A stretch of 64,000 nt of DNA, taken from positions 480,001-544,000 of the forward strand of contig JBNKOC010000012.1 of NCBI GenBank assembly GCA_050294405.1, in the 5' to 3' direction. The translations under genes and the position numbers were made by a program. The DNA is from Fibrobacteria bacterium (GTDB lineage Bacteria; Fibrobacterota; Fibrobacteria; UBA11236; JADFYW01). This document shows, piece after piece, positions 11,701 to 21,500 of this stretch. The notes beneath the pieces were generated by a model. That model saw nothing but the letters and a program-made list of their open reading frames with translations, was not told where the DNA came from and ran no database searches. Within the stretch, counting starts at the first letter, position 1. Each line of letters begins with the position of its first letter.

Positions 11701-12351
11701 GTCGGAATTGGCGGCGCTTATATGTGCATATATGGAATGGAAGGCCCTGGAGGCTATCAGTTATTTGGCCGAACTTGCCAGGTTTGGAATAGCTATTGCC
11801 AAACAGATAGTTTTAAAGATGGATTGCCCTGGTTGCTAAGGCTGTTTGATCAAATACGCTTCTATCCCGTAAGTGAAAATGAATTGCAGGAGTTTAGAAA
11901 AGATTTTTTATCAGGAAAAATTAATGTTCAAATTGAAAAGACTAAGCTCAATTTAGGGGAGTATAAACAATTTTTAAACAGAGAGCAGGAATCCATTCAG
12001 GAATTTCAAACTTCCCAGAGAAAAGCCTTTCAGGAGGAAAGGGAGCAATGGGAAAAGGCTGGGTTGATGAAGTTATCCGAAGAGATATCCGATACCCAGA
12101 TGTCTGAATTGGGAAGTGAATTGGGAGAAGGGCAAAAAGCGGTTTCATCAAATATGCCGGGAAATATTTGGAAAATCCTCGTTGAGGAGGGAAAACAAAT
12201 TGAGGAAAATGAAACTGTCATGATATTAGAAAGTATGAAAATGGAGTTTCCAATTAAGTCTGAATATAGCGGCGTAATAAAAAGGATATTTGCCGAAGAA
12301 GGCCAGATTATTGAAGCTGGACAGATGTTATGTGTACTTGAAGAAAAATAA
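8716..12351 (+). CDS. uca: Urea/guanidine carboxylase (biotin-dependent; BC + CT + BCCP)
   Basis: LIANRGEIA, HPGYGFLSEN, EVNTRLQVEH, HPSNIHDNAY, KYNPARTWT, EGPGGYQ, biotinyl motif ESMKME. Confidence 0.95.
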   Translation: MDKLFSKVLIANRGEIACRIIKTLKKMGIKSAVVYSDADRNSLPTQLADEAIHIGNSPSHESYLDFNKIISVAKSISAEAIHPGYGFLSENVEFAKACEINEICFIGPTPSQLKDFGLKHVSKEIAKKANVPLIPGTGILTELSEAIESADFIGYPVMLKSSAGGGGIGMRLCHNNFELEESWEKVLHLSKTHFGSAEVFLEKYIEKGRHIEVQIFGDGNGKIITLGTRDCSVQRRNQKVIEEAPAPNLDVDIEKNIVASAQSLAEFVKYKSAGTVEFIYDITSSRHYFLEVNTRLQVEHGVTEEVYSVDLVEWMVRQAAGPNFLNSQKIPEPDGHAMEFRWYAENPLKNFMPCAGKITRLKIPEEIRCDSWVQEGQEVSTFYDPLLAKLISKGKNRQEAILRLKSALEKSELQGLYSNKEYVSSILSHPDFIEANVHTQWANTHHWKSNVIEVLEGGAQTTIQDFPGRLGYWEVGVPPSGPMDNLAFQLGNSLLKNNSDAAGLEITLKGPSLKLHSSCEFCLTGSQLNAFLEKADGTKLELQMYTSYHANSGDILNSGSVIGPGMRAYILFKNGLNVFPFLGSCSTFTLGQFGGLDGKILKPGDMLPIIPTKEHKTFVSESMPKNLQPEITNDWKIGCMIGPHSTSEFFLQEDIQKILEAKWKVHFNSNRTGIRLIGPKPTWARKDGGEAGLHPSNIHDNAYAIGTMDFTGDMPVLLGPDGPSLGGFVCPLTCIQSEVWKLGQLKPGDSVQFYLVGGAEANSQLKSQNAYITNFLNNLPSAISLYKPENTLPSPILKEYVNKDGLPITIRQAGDSYMLLEIGELHLDLEYRFRIQWIWNELKNRSIEGITDLTPGIRSLQIHYDSFLLPQEKIVAIISELETNTPPVEDMTVESRVVHLPLSWNDEAIHKIIDKYIKTVRSDAPWCPDNIEFIRRVNGMPDVESVKNAIFDASYLVMGLGDVYLGAPVATPLDPRHRFVTTKYNPARTWTLENVVGIGGAYMCIYGMEGPGGYQLFGRTCQVWNSYCQTDSFKDGLPWLLRLFDQIRFYPVSENELQEFRKDFLSGKINVQIEKTKLNLGEYKQFLNREQESIQEFQTSQRKAFQEEREQWEKAGLMKLSEEISDTQMSELGSELGEGQKAVSSNMPGNIWKILVEEGKQIEENETVMILESMKMEFPIKSEYSGVIKRIFAEEGQIIEAGQMLCVLEEK

Positions 12352-12362
12352 AGGAAACATGG

Positions 12363-14228
12363 ATGTATACCTATGATGATTTGACTCCTGTTCTTTCCTT
12401 AGCTGATTTAAAATCCTATTACCGTTTTAATGGGCGAATTGAGTACATATTAGACGGAATTCATAAGCGCTATAAAAAATTAGACGATCCCGCTATTTTT
12501 ATTAAGTTACTCAGCAAAGAAGAAACATTAAGGTTATTTAGCGAGTTCCATGGGCACAGGAGTAAAGAAGAACAAAAAAAGCTCCCCCTATACGGAGTTC
12601 CTTTTGCTGTTAAGGATAACATAGATGTAAAAGGCATTCCTACCACGGCAGCTTGCCCCTCTTTTTCTTATATTCCCCAAAAACACGCCGTATCCGTGGA
12701 AAAATTACTTAAGGCTGGTGCATTGTTGGTAGGTAAAACCAACATGGACCAATTTGCCACAGGTTTAGTTGGTGTTCGCTCTCCCTTTGGCATACCTAAA
12801 AATCCTTTCAACCCTGAATATATTCCTGGCGGGTCAAGTTCAGGTTCGGCTGTAGCCGTTTCTAATGCAATTTGCTGTTTTAGCCTTGGCACAGATACCG
12901 CAGGATCCGGCAGGGTTCCGGCAAGTTTTAATAATATAATAGGGCTAAAACCACCTATTAAAATGGTTTCCAATCAAGGCGTGGTTCCTGCAGTTGCCTC
13001 CCTGGACTGTGTTAGCGTCTTTGGATTATCTGTTTATGATGTATCTGAAGTTTTGAAAATCATTTCCGAACAAGATTTAGAAGACATTCTGGATCCTGAA
13101 TACCAAAAGGGTTTTCATGAAGATTTAGATTTTTTTAATAAAATCGAATTTATTAATCAGGGAGCTCAAAAATTTAGGTTAGGGGTTCCAGGGGATAAAT
13201 ACATTGAATCTTTGGAAGACCCGAAAAACAAAAAGAGCTACCAATTAGCCGTTAGGCGATTTGAAAGCCTGGGGTGGGAAATTGTTCCTCTGGACCTGAC
13301 ATTTTTAAATAACTGCGCCAAACAACTTTATGAAGGCCCCTGGGTTGCGGAGCGATATAGTGCGGTTGGCGAATTTATTGAATCTAAACCGGATGGTTTG
13401 GATGCCACCGTTGAAAAAATAATTAAAGCGGCAGGCAGTATTAGAGCCCATGAATTTTCAAAGGCTATACATCAAAATTTTGAGGATCTAAAATACATGG
13501 ATTCAGAGTGGAAAAAAATGGATGCCTTTATTTTGCCTACTACCCCTAGTATTTACAAAATTGAAGAAGTTAAAAAGAGACCTGTTGAGTTGAATAGTCA
13601 ATTGGGAACTTTCACAAATTTTGCAAACTTACTCCAAACCTCGGCCATATCCCTACCTGCGGGACACCAGAGGGATGATATGCCAACTAGTATTACTTTG
13701 TTTACCCGTAAGACCCGTTTGAACTGGATGTTGAAATGGGCCGATGATTTTTTTAAAAATGAAAAACTAATGTGTGGAAAGCAAAATCCGCTTAACTCCA
13801 CCAATAGCCCAAATGTTTCCTCTCCTAAAAATGGGACCGTGCATCTGGCGGTGGTAGGGGCTCATTTAAAGGGTCAGCCATTACATTGGCAAATTGAAAA
13901 ATGTAAAGGTAGATTTGTGGAAACGGCCCAAACGGAAAGCTCCTATGAGTTGTTTGAAATAACCAATTCCATTCCTCCCAAGCCTGCTCTTCGTTATGTG
14001 GGACGAAATCATGGTAAATCCTATTCCATAGAAATTTATTCTCTTCCTTATTTCGGTTTAGGCCAATTTATGGAATGGATTCCAGCTCCGTTGGGAATTG
14101 GGACTATTTTTCTGGAGTCCGGTGAATCGGTTAAAGGGTTTATTTGCGAACCGGTGGGTTTTGAGGATTCCAAGAATATTTCTAGGTACAAAGGATGGAA
14201 AGCTTATCTTCGGACAAAGAAAAGTTAA
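12363..14228 (+). CDS. atzF: Allophanate hydrolase
   Basis: Amidase signature KDNID, GGSSSGSA, GTDTAGSGRVPA; C-terminal AtzF domain AVVGAHL...PAPLGIG. Confidence 0.93.
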   Translation: MYTYDDLTPVLSLADLKSYYRFNGRIEYILDGIHKRYKKLDDPAIFIKLLSKEETLRLFSEFHGHRSKEEQKKLPLYGVPFAVKDNIDVKGIPTTAACPSFSYIPQKHAVSVEKLLKAGALLVGKTNMDQFATGLVGVRSPFGIPKNPFNPEYIPGGSSSGSAVAVSNAICCFSLGTDTAGSGRVPASFNNIIGLKPPIKMVSNQGVVPAVASLDCVSVFGLSVYDVSEVLKIISEQDLEDILDPEYQKGFHEDLDFFNKIEFINQGAQKFRLGVPGDKYIESLEDPKNKKSYQLAVRRFESLGWEIVPLDLTFLNNCAKQLYEGPWVAERYSAVGEFIESKPDGLDATVEKIIKAAGSIRAHEFSKAIHQNFEDLKYMDSEWKKMDAFILPTTPSIYKIEEVKKRPVELNSQLGTFTNFANLLQTSAISLPAGHQRDDMPTSITLFTRKTRLNWMLKWADDFFKNEKLMCGKQNPLNSTNSPNVSSPKNGTVHLAVVGAHLKGQPLHWQIEKCKGRFVETAQTESSYELFEITNSIPPKPALRYVGRNHGKSYSIEIYSLPYFGLGQFMEWIPAPLGIGTIFLESGESVKGFICEPVGFEDSKNISRYKGWKAYLRTKKS

Positions 14229-14252
14229 CCTCTCAATTGCTAGTGTAATTTG

Positions 14253-14340
14253 TGACAATTTCTTTCAAAATCTGACAGACAAATCGACATGCAGCTTATT
14301 TTTGGCAAAAAAATAGGATTGAAAATGGCTTAAATTTTGC
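14253..14340 (+). promoter_or_regulatory. Sigma54 promoter TGGCTTAAATTTTGC with upstream motifs, driving the ATP-grasp/Anbu locus
   Basis: Exact GG-N10-GC at 14327-14340; GCA-N10-GGCAAAAAA at 14291; TGACAA-N6-TCAA at 14253. Confidence 0.65.
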
Positions 14341-14354
14341 GCTGTTTTATAAAT

Positions 14355-15818
14355 ATGGATCCAGTTTTTGATACCTACGAAATCGGTCAATCCTATGACG
14401 AGTATTTCGAAGAAGATAAAAAAATTAAAAACCATTTATACCCCCTGGTAAATCGCCTTGCAAAGTTAGGGAAAACTGAAATCCTCCGACGCCAAACTGC
14501 AGCCGAATCCTTGTTGTTAAATCTTGGGGTAACCTTTAATGTTACTGGGGATAGCAGCGGACCTGAACGCATATTTCCTATGGATATTTTGCCCCGCCTG
14601 ATTGAATTAAATAAGTGGAAAAACATTGAAAAAGGTTTGCGGCAAAGAACTTATGCCTTAAACGAATTTATTCAGGATATTTATAATAATCAAAACATAC
14701 TAAAAGACAGGATTATCCCTCCCGAAGTTATCTATACATCTCCTGGATATAAAAACCAGTGCAGAGGTGTGACTCCTCCCGGCAAAACCTGGATTCATGT
14801 CGGGGGAATGGATATGGTTTCCGATGAAAAAGGCAATGTTTATGTGCTTGAGGATAATTTGCGTTGCCCTTCCGGAGTATCTTATGTATTGGAAAACCGG
14901 CAGGTGATGAAAAGGACTCTCCCGCAGGTTTTTGAAGAAATGAATCCTCTTCCGGTAGAAGATTACCCCATACAACTATTAGAAACATTAAGGAGTACAG
15001 CTCCAAATACTTCTACAGATCCATGCCTGGCTGTTTTAACTCCTGGAATTTACAACTCCGCCTACTTTGAGCATAGTTTTTTGGCGCAACAAATGGGAGT
15101 TGAGCTGGTAACCGGAGATGACCTGTTTGTTGAAAATAAATTTTTGTTTATGCGCACCACACGTGGGCCCAAGCGCATAGATGTATTGTACCGTCGCATA
15201 GACGATGATTTTTTAGATCCAAGAGTTTTTCGACCCGACTCAATGCTGGGAGTACCGGGGATAATGGAGTGTTTTACTTCAGGAAACCTCACTTTGGCAA
15301 ACGCTCCGGGAACTGGGATTGCCGATGACAAAGTGATTTATGCATACATACCTGAAATCATTAAATACTATTTGGGCGAAGATCAGATTTTACCGAATGT
15401 TCCCACTTATTTATGTCAAAACCCTTCGGATTACAAGTATGTATTGGAAAACATGGATAAACTGGTGATAAAATCAGCAAATGAATCTGGAGGATATGGA
15501 GTGCTTATTGGTCCCCATGCTTCTAAAGAAGAATTGGCGAAATGGAAGACCCGTGTTCAATCTGATCCAAGAAATTATCTGGCTCAGGTAAAACTGAATT
15601 TAAGTATGGCCCCGTGCATAATCGGGGAGAATTTTGAACCACGCCACATTGATTTGCGTCCCTTTATCTTATTTGGCAAAGAAATTTTTATTCTGCCTGG
15701 GGGGCTGACCCGTGTGGCCCTGCGAAAAGGCTCCTTAATTGTAAACTCTTCTCAAGGTGGTGGTAGTAAAGATACCTGGGTAGTGGAACATTTGCCCACG
15801 GAGGAAAACGATGCTTAG
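14355..15818 (+). CDS. Circularly permuted type 2 ATP-grasp protein
   Basis: ERIFPMDILPR, VLEDNLRCPSGVSYVLENR, NSAYFEH, DVLYRRIDD, NSSQGGGSKDTW. ATG 14355 is preferred over TTG 14337, which lies inside the promoter. Confidence 0.92.
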   Translation: MDPVFDTYEIGQSYDEYFEEDKKIKNHLYPLVNRLAKLGKTEILRRQTAAESLLLNLGVTFNVTGDSSGPERIFPMDILPRLIELNKWKNIEKGLRQRTYALNEFIQDIYNNQNILKDRIIPPEVIYTSPGYKNQCRGVTPPGKTWIHVGGMDMVSDEKGNVYVLEDNLRCPSGVSYVLENRQVMKRTLPQVFEEMNPLPVEDYPIQLLETLRSTAPNTSTDPCLAVLTPGIYNSAYFEHSFLAQQMGVELVTGDDLFVENKFLFMRTTRGPKRIDVLYRRIDDDFLDPRVFRPDSMLGVPGIMECFTSGNLTLANAPGTGIADDKVIYAYIPEIIKYYLGEDQILPNVPTYLCQNPSDYKYVLENMDKLVIKSANESGGYGVLIGPHASKEELAKWKTRVQSDPRNYLAQVKLNLSMAPCIIGENFEPRHIDLRPFILFGKEIFILPGGLTRVALRKGSLIVNSSQGGGSKDTWVVEHLPTEENDA

Positions 15819-16818
15819 CCGCGTGGCGGATTCAATTTATTGGATGAGCAGATACATCGAAAGGGCTGAGAATGTGGCCCGCTTTATTGGAGTTAATTTG
15901 TCATTAAACATGGATACGCCTCTGGTTGTTAAAGAACAATGGGAGCCCTTGTTGCATGCAACTGGAGATTTGGAGTCTTTTATTGAAAAATTTAAGGATT
16001 ACGACTCTGAAGGCAGCAAGTTCCATCCAAATGAACATAAAACAAATGTTTTAAATTTTTTAACCTTCGATTTTCAAAATTCCAATAGCATTTATTCCTG
16101 TATAGCCAAGGCTCGCGAAAATGCCCGTTTGATAAGGGGATACATAAGCACAGAAATGTGGGAGCATATTAATAAGCTTTACCATTTTATAAATAACAAG
16201 CAAACCGAAATGAAAGCGCAATCCGACCCCATTAATTTTTTTATTGAATTGAGGATGTCTATATATACCCTAATAGGAATGACGGATGCTACCTTTTGCC
16301 GGGACGATGGCTGGAATTTCCAACAGCTTGGCACTTATTTGGAAAGAGCGGATAAAACGACGCGCATTTTAGATGTTAAATATTTTATTTTACTGCCCAA
16401 AGTAGGCCATGTTGGTAGTGTTATCGAAGATATTTTGTGGGCAGCTCTTTTGCAATCCGTAAGCGGATTTCAAACATTTAAGCAAAAATATCATAAATTG
16501 ACCCCCGATAGTGTTGTTGAATTTTTGTTATTGGATAGAGAATTTCCCCGTTCAGTCTTGTTCTGTTTAAAACAGGCCGAAAGCAGCTTGTTCAAAATTT
16601 CGGGTACAAGTCCGGGGTATTTTTCAAATTCTGCGGAGCAGAAATTGGCCAGGCTTAGAAATGAATTAGAATTTAGCAGCGTTGAAGAAATAATTATTCG
16701 AGGGCTGCATGAATACTTGGAAAGTCTCCAAAAACGCATATATGAAATCGGACAGGATATTTTTAGCTTTTTCTTCAAATATCCCCAAGAAGATTTTGCA
16801 TATGGCGCAAGCCAATAA
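15811..16818 (+). CDS. Alpha-E domain protein (DUF403)
   Basis: MLSRVADSIYWMSRYIERAEN, ARENAR, YLERADKTTRILDVKY, FPRS. Confidence 0.92.
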   Translation: MLSRVADSIYWMSRYIERAENVARFIGVNLSLNMDTPLVVKEQWEPLLHATGDLESFIEKFKDYDSEGSKFHPNEHKTNVLNFLTFDFQNSNSIYSCIAKARENARLIRGYISTEMWEHINKLYHFINNKQTEMKAQSDPINFFIELRMSIYTLIGMTDATFCRDDGWNFQQLGTYLERADKTTRILDVKYFILLPKVGHVGSVIEDILWAALLQSVSGFQTFKQKYHKLTPDSVVEFLLLDREFPRSVLFCLKQAESSLFKISGTSPGYFSNSAEQKLARLRNELEFSSVEEIIIRGLHEYLESLQKRIYEIGQDIFSFFFKYPQEDFAYGASQ

Positions 16819-16870
16819 TTTTTAGTAAATTTACTTGGGTTTATTTTCAAATTTAAGATTTGGAGGCATT

Positions 16871-17617
16871 ATTACTTTTTGTTTGGGAATTAAAGTAAAA
16901 GATGGTTTAGTTGCTTTATCTGATACAAGAATTACATCAGGGGCTGAATGTATTACAGCCCGGAAACTTACCATTTTTCAAGGAAAAAATTATTTCTTTT
17001 TTGTAATGACTTCGGGTTTACGCTCTTTAAGAGATAAATCATTAATTTATTTTGACGAGTATTTTAGTAAACATAAAAATAGCCATGATCAACTTTACAA
17101 AGTTGTGAATACGATGGCTTCTCAAATACGAAGAGTTTATAAAGAAGATGCAGAAGCTCTAAAGGAAGCAGGGCTGCAATTTAATATTCATATGATTATC
17201 GGCGGTCAGATGTCCAAAGATGCGGACCATCAATTGTTTTTTATCTACCCCCAGGGAAATTGGGTCGCCGTTGGAGTTGGGACTCCTTATCAAATAATTG
17301 GAGCAACTCCATATGGTAAGCCGGTATTAGACAGAACCCTAAAATATGAGGACAGCATTCCCTTTGCTTTAAAAGTGGGTTGCTTGGCATTTGATTCCAC
17401 CCGAATTTCTGCTGCAGATGTTGATTTTCCTTTAGATGTTGTTCTTTATGCGAAAAACTCCTACGAATGTGTGGAACATAGATACGAGAAGGACGATTTG
17501 AAAGAGGTATCAGAATGGTGGCAGGGGAAACTCAGAGAATCTGTAGATTCCTTTCCAGGAAGTTGGTTCAACGATATTTACAGGGAACTGCCAAAGCCTA
17601 AACGCATGAAAAAATAA
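16871..17617 (+). CDS. anbu: Anbu-type proteasome-like Ntn (Thr) protease
   Basis: TFCLGI..GLVALSDTRITSG..RKL, YPQGNW, YGKPVLDR, FDST. Start is probably ATT at 16871 (after GGAGG); the alternative is TTG 16835. Confidence 0.85.
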   Translation: MTFCLGIKVKDGLVALSDTRITSGAECITARKLTIFQGKNYFFFVMTSGLRSLRDKSLIYFDEYFSKHKNSHDQLYKVVNTMASQIRRVYKEDAEALKEAGLQFNIHMIIGGQMSKDADHQLFFIYPQGNWVAVGVGTPYQIIGATPYGKPVLDRTLKYEDSIPFALKVGCLAFDSTRISAADVDFPLDVVLYAKNSYECVEHRYEKDDLKEVSEWWQGKLRESVDSFPGSWFNDIYRELPKPKRMKK

Positions 17618-17629
17618 GGATTATGTAAC

Positions 17630-18442
17630 ATGAAATATAAAATCAATCATGTTACAGAATATTATTATAATAATTTGGTCGTTTTAGGCCCCCATGTAAT
17701 CCGTCTTATTCCCAAATCCACGGCAATACAGCATTTAATAAATTGCGAAATAGAAGTTTTTCCAGAGCCTGCGGGGAAATCAGAAATTGTGGACTTTTTC
17801 GGGAACAGATGTTTGTCTGTTTGGTTTACCGGAAAAACTGAAAAATTAACCATTAGCGCAATATCCGAAGTTGAGGCGATAGCTTTTAACCCTTTTCAAT
17901 TTCTTTTAGATTCCAATTGGCTGAACCTTCCCTTGGGAAAACCTGTGATAAGATCAAATAATACCGGAATACTCCGGGAAATGGAAAAAGATTTTGGGGT
18001 GGAGTTTACCGGAAATACGGTTCATGTATTGCAGTTATTATGCAACATCATTTACCAAAAAATATCTCAAATTAAAAGGTTGGAAGGCGTTCCACATGAT
18101 CCAATGGTTACTTGGCATAAAAAGGAAGGGGCTTGCAGAGACTTAGCTGTATTATTCATGGAATGTTGCTCATGTCTGGGTATACCTTCCAGATTTGTCA
18201 GTGGATATTTACATCATCGAAGCGAAGAGGAACAGCACATGCATGCCTGGGTTGAAATATACCTGGAGGGAGCGGGCTGGAGGGCGATGGACCCCACAAA
18301 CGGCTTATTTGTTGAAAATGAACATATTTCAGTGGCATCAGCTCCCGAATCTGAATTAGCGAGCCCAATTACCGGCAGTTATGGCGGAAAAGCTAATTTG
18401 GAGAAGATGGATATTTCTATTGAAATGATAAAGACACGCTGA
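17630..18442 (+). CDS. Transglutaminase-like protein (Bact_transglu_N + core)
   Basis: IxHxTxYxY N-terminus, DFFGN, GACRDLA, RFVSGY, HAWVE, DPTN. Confidence 0.9.
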   Translation: MKYKINHVTEYYYNNLVVLGPHVIRLIPKSTAIQHLINCEIEVFPEPAGKSEIVDFFGNRCLSVWFTGKTEKLTISAISEVEAIAFNPFQFLLDSNWLNLPLGKPVIRSNNTGILREMEKDFGVEFTGNTVHVLQLLCNIIYQKISQIKRLEGVPHDPMVTWHKKEGACRDLAVLFMECCSCLGIPSRFVSGYLHHRSEEEQHMHAWVEIYLEGAGWRAMDPTNGLFVENEHISVASAPESELASPITGSYGGKANLEKMDISIEMIKTR

Positions 18443-18580
18443 TAATTCGATGTATAGGCTTTTGAGCCTGACAATACTGCTGTAGGGATGTATCTTTATA
18501 ATACCTGTTAAGGGTTTCCCCAGGCTCAACGGAATGCTTCCAGTTAAGAAAAAGCGGGAACTTTCAAAGGAGAATATGTT

Positions 18581-21500
18581 ATGACGCTAAAGGTTGTTAT
18601 ATCCCATAAAACATTTTATCAGTTTGACAGATTGGTGACCATTTCTCCCCATGTATTCAGGCTCAGGCCCGCACCACATTCCCGCACGCCGATATATGCC
18701 TATTCAATGAAGATTAAACCTGAAAAACAATTTTTTAATTGGCAACAAGATCCATTTGGAAATTACCAGGCCAGATTGGTTTTCCCTGAAAAATCCAGGG
18801 AGATGAGTATTGAGGTAGAAATCATCGCCGATTTAACAGCTATAAATCCCTTTGATTTCTTTGTTGAAGAATCTGCCAAGTACTTCCCTTTTAAATATGA
18901 CAGATTAACAAAAAGAGAATTAAACCCCTATTTGAAAACTTCCCGAAAAGGCAAACTTTTTTCTGAATGGCTAAATAGCATTGATAGGTCTAAGAAAATA
19001 ACTATAGATTTTTTAATTGATATTAATCAAAAAATTAATAACATGTTAAAGTACAATATTCGCATGCAGCCTGGAGTGCAAAGCTGTGAAGTTACGCTGA
19101 GAAAAAAATCTGGATCTTGTAGAGATTTTGCCTGGCTGCTTGTGCAAACACTGCGGCATTTGGGGTTTGGTGCCAGGTTTGTTTCCGGTTATTTAGTGCA
19201 GCTTAAAGCCGATGTTAAATCCTTAGATGGTCCATCCGGTCCGGAAGAAGATTTTACAGATTTACATGCTTGGGCAGAAGTTTATGTTCCGGGTGCTGGT
19301 TGGATAGGTTTAGATTCCACATCCGGACTACTTGCAGGAGAGGGGCATATTCCACTTGCATGCACTCCATCTTTTGAAGGAGCAGCTCCGGTTACCGGGA
19401 CAACTGATATTTGTAAAACAGTGTTTTCATATGAAAACACTGTTAAAAGAATCTTTGAATCGCCAAGAGTTACAAAACCTTACACAGATAATCAGTGGTT
19501 GAAAATCAACCAGTTAGGGGAAAAAGTCGAAAATGAACTCCAAAAAAATGATGTTAGATTAACCATGGGGGGAGAACCTACTTTTGTTTCTATTGATGAT
19601 ATGGAGTCCGCTCAATGGAATACGGAAGCTGATGGAGAAGAAAAAAGAAAACGGGCAATTGATTTATCGAAAAAATTATTGAAACGTTTTGGAAAAGGAG
19701 GGGTACTGCACCACCCGCAAGGCAAATGGTATCCAGGTGAAATATTACCGCGCTGGGAAATTGCCTTGTATTGGAGAAAAGACGGAAATCCAATTTGGAA
19801 AAATCCAAATTTATTAGGTACACCAAATTCAAATAATCAAAATATAAACATAAGCCTGGCAAAAAACTTTTTGCAAAAGTTATGCGATAAGCTATCTGTG
19901 GATCAAAAATATTTGATTCCCGGTTACGAAGATGCCTTTTATTTTTATTGGGAAAAAGAGAAATTACCTACAGATTTAGAACCAGAAAATATTGATTTAA
20001 AATCACCGCCAGTAATGCAAAAACTGACAGAACTACTAAACAAGGGCTTAAGCGAACCTGCCGGATTTGCGCTTCCATTACATTATGGGAAACAGGGCTG
20101 GGATTCTAGCGATTGGAAATTAAAAAGAAAACGCTTGGTTTTAATTCCAGGAAATTCCCCTATGGGTCTTAGGCTTCCCCTTGAATCTTTAATGTTAAAA
20201 CCTGAGCGGGAGCCGGGTCCGGTTATGCCTAAAGATAATTTCTCTTCATTAGGGAAGTTGCCGGAATCATCTCAGATAATAGAGCGAAGAAATAAAACTG
20301 AAAAATTTTCCACTTTTGATGCATCATCGGGAAATTTAATTCGAACAGCTCTTTGCATAGAACCTAGGGCAGGTTCTCTTTACGTTTTTTTGCCCCCTCT
20401 GGAAAGTTCAGAGGCTTTTTTGGATTTGGTTTGTTGTATTGAAGCCGTTTCCGCTCAGTTGAATGTGCAAATAATATTGGAAGGTTACTCCCCTCCCGAG
20501 GACCACCGAATTCAAAAGTTAAAGGTAACTCCAGATCCTGGGGTTATTGAAGTAAATATACATCCTTCGCAGAGCTGGAGTGAATTGTGTGAAAACACCT
20601 TTGCTTTATATAAAGAAGCTGAATTATCACGGCTGGGAACTCAAAAGTTTATGCTGGATGGAAAGCATACTGGGACTGGTGGGGGCAATCATGTGACCTT
20701 AGGCGGGGCCACTCCTTCTGATAGTCCTTTATTACGAAGGCCCGATTTACTTCGAAGTTTAATAACATATTGGCAACATCACCCCGGACTGTCTTATTTA
20801 TTTTCCGGCGCCTTTATTGGGCCAACTAGTCAGGCTCCAAGAGTGGACGAGGGAAGAGCTGAGAACTTGTATGAGTTGGAAATTGCCTTTAGCCAAATTC
20901 CATCTTCAAAAGAGGTGCCCTTTTGGCTCACGGATAGATTGTTTCGCCACTTACTAACGGACATTACTGGAAATACCCATAGGTCGGAATTTTGTATTGA
21001 TAAATTATACAGTCCTGACTCCAGCTCAGGAAGGTTGGGAATATTGGAACTAAGAGCCTTTGATATGCCCCCCCATGCCAGAATGAGCCTTACCCAAATG
21101 CTTTTGGTAAGAACCCTTGTTGTTTGGTTTTGGCAAAAGCCTTATAAGCATAAGCTCATTCGATGGGGAACGGAATTACACGACAGGTATTTGATGGAGC
21201 ACTATGTCAGAGAAGATATGAACGACATTGTGGAACAGCTGAATAGGGAAGGCTATCCTTTGGAATTGGACTGGTTTAACCCGTTTTTTGAATTTAGGTT
21301 CCCCCTATACGGCATTGTACATATAAATAGGGTAGAATTGGAGTTAAGGGCTGCAATTGAACCTTGGAATGTGCTGGGCGAAGAAATGACAGGCAGAGGA
21401 ACCTCAAGATATGTAGATTCATCTGTGGAAAGGTTGCAGGTAAAATTGAATAATTTCATAGAGGATAGGTATATACTAACTTGTAATGGAGTTCGGATTC

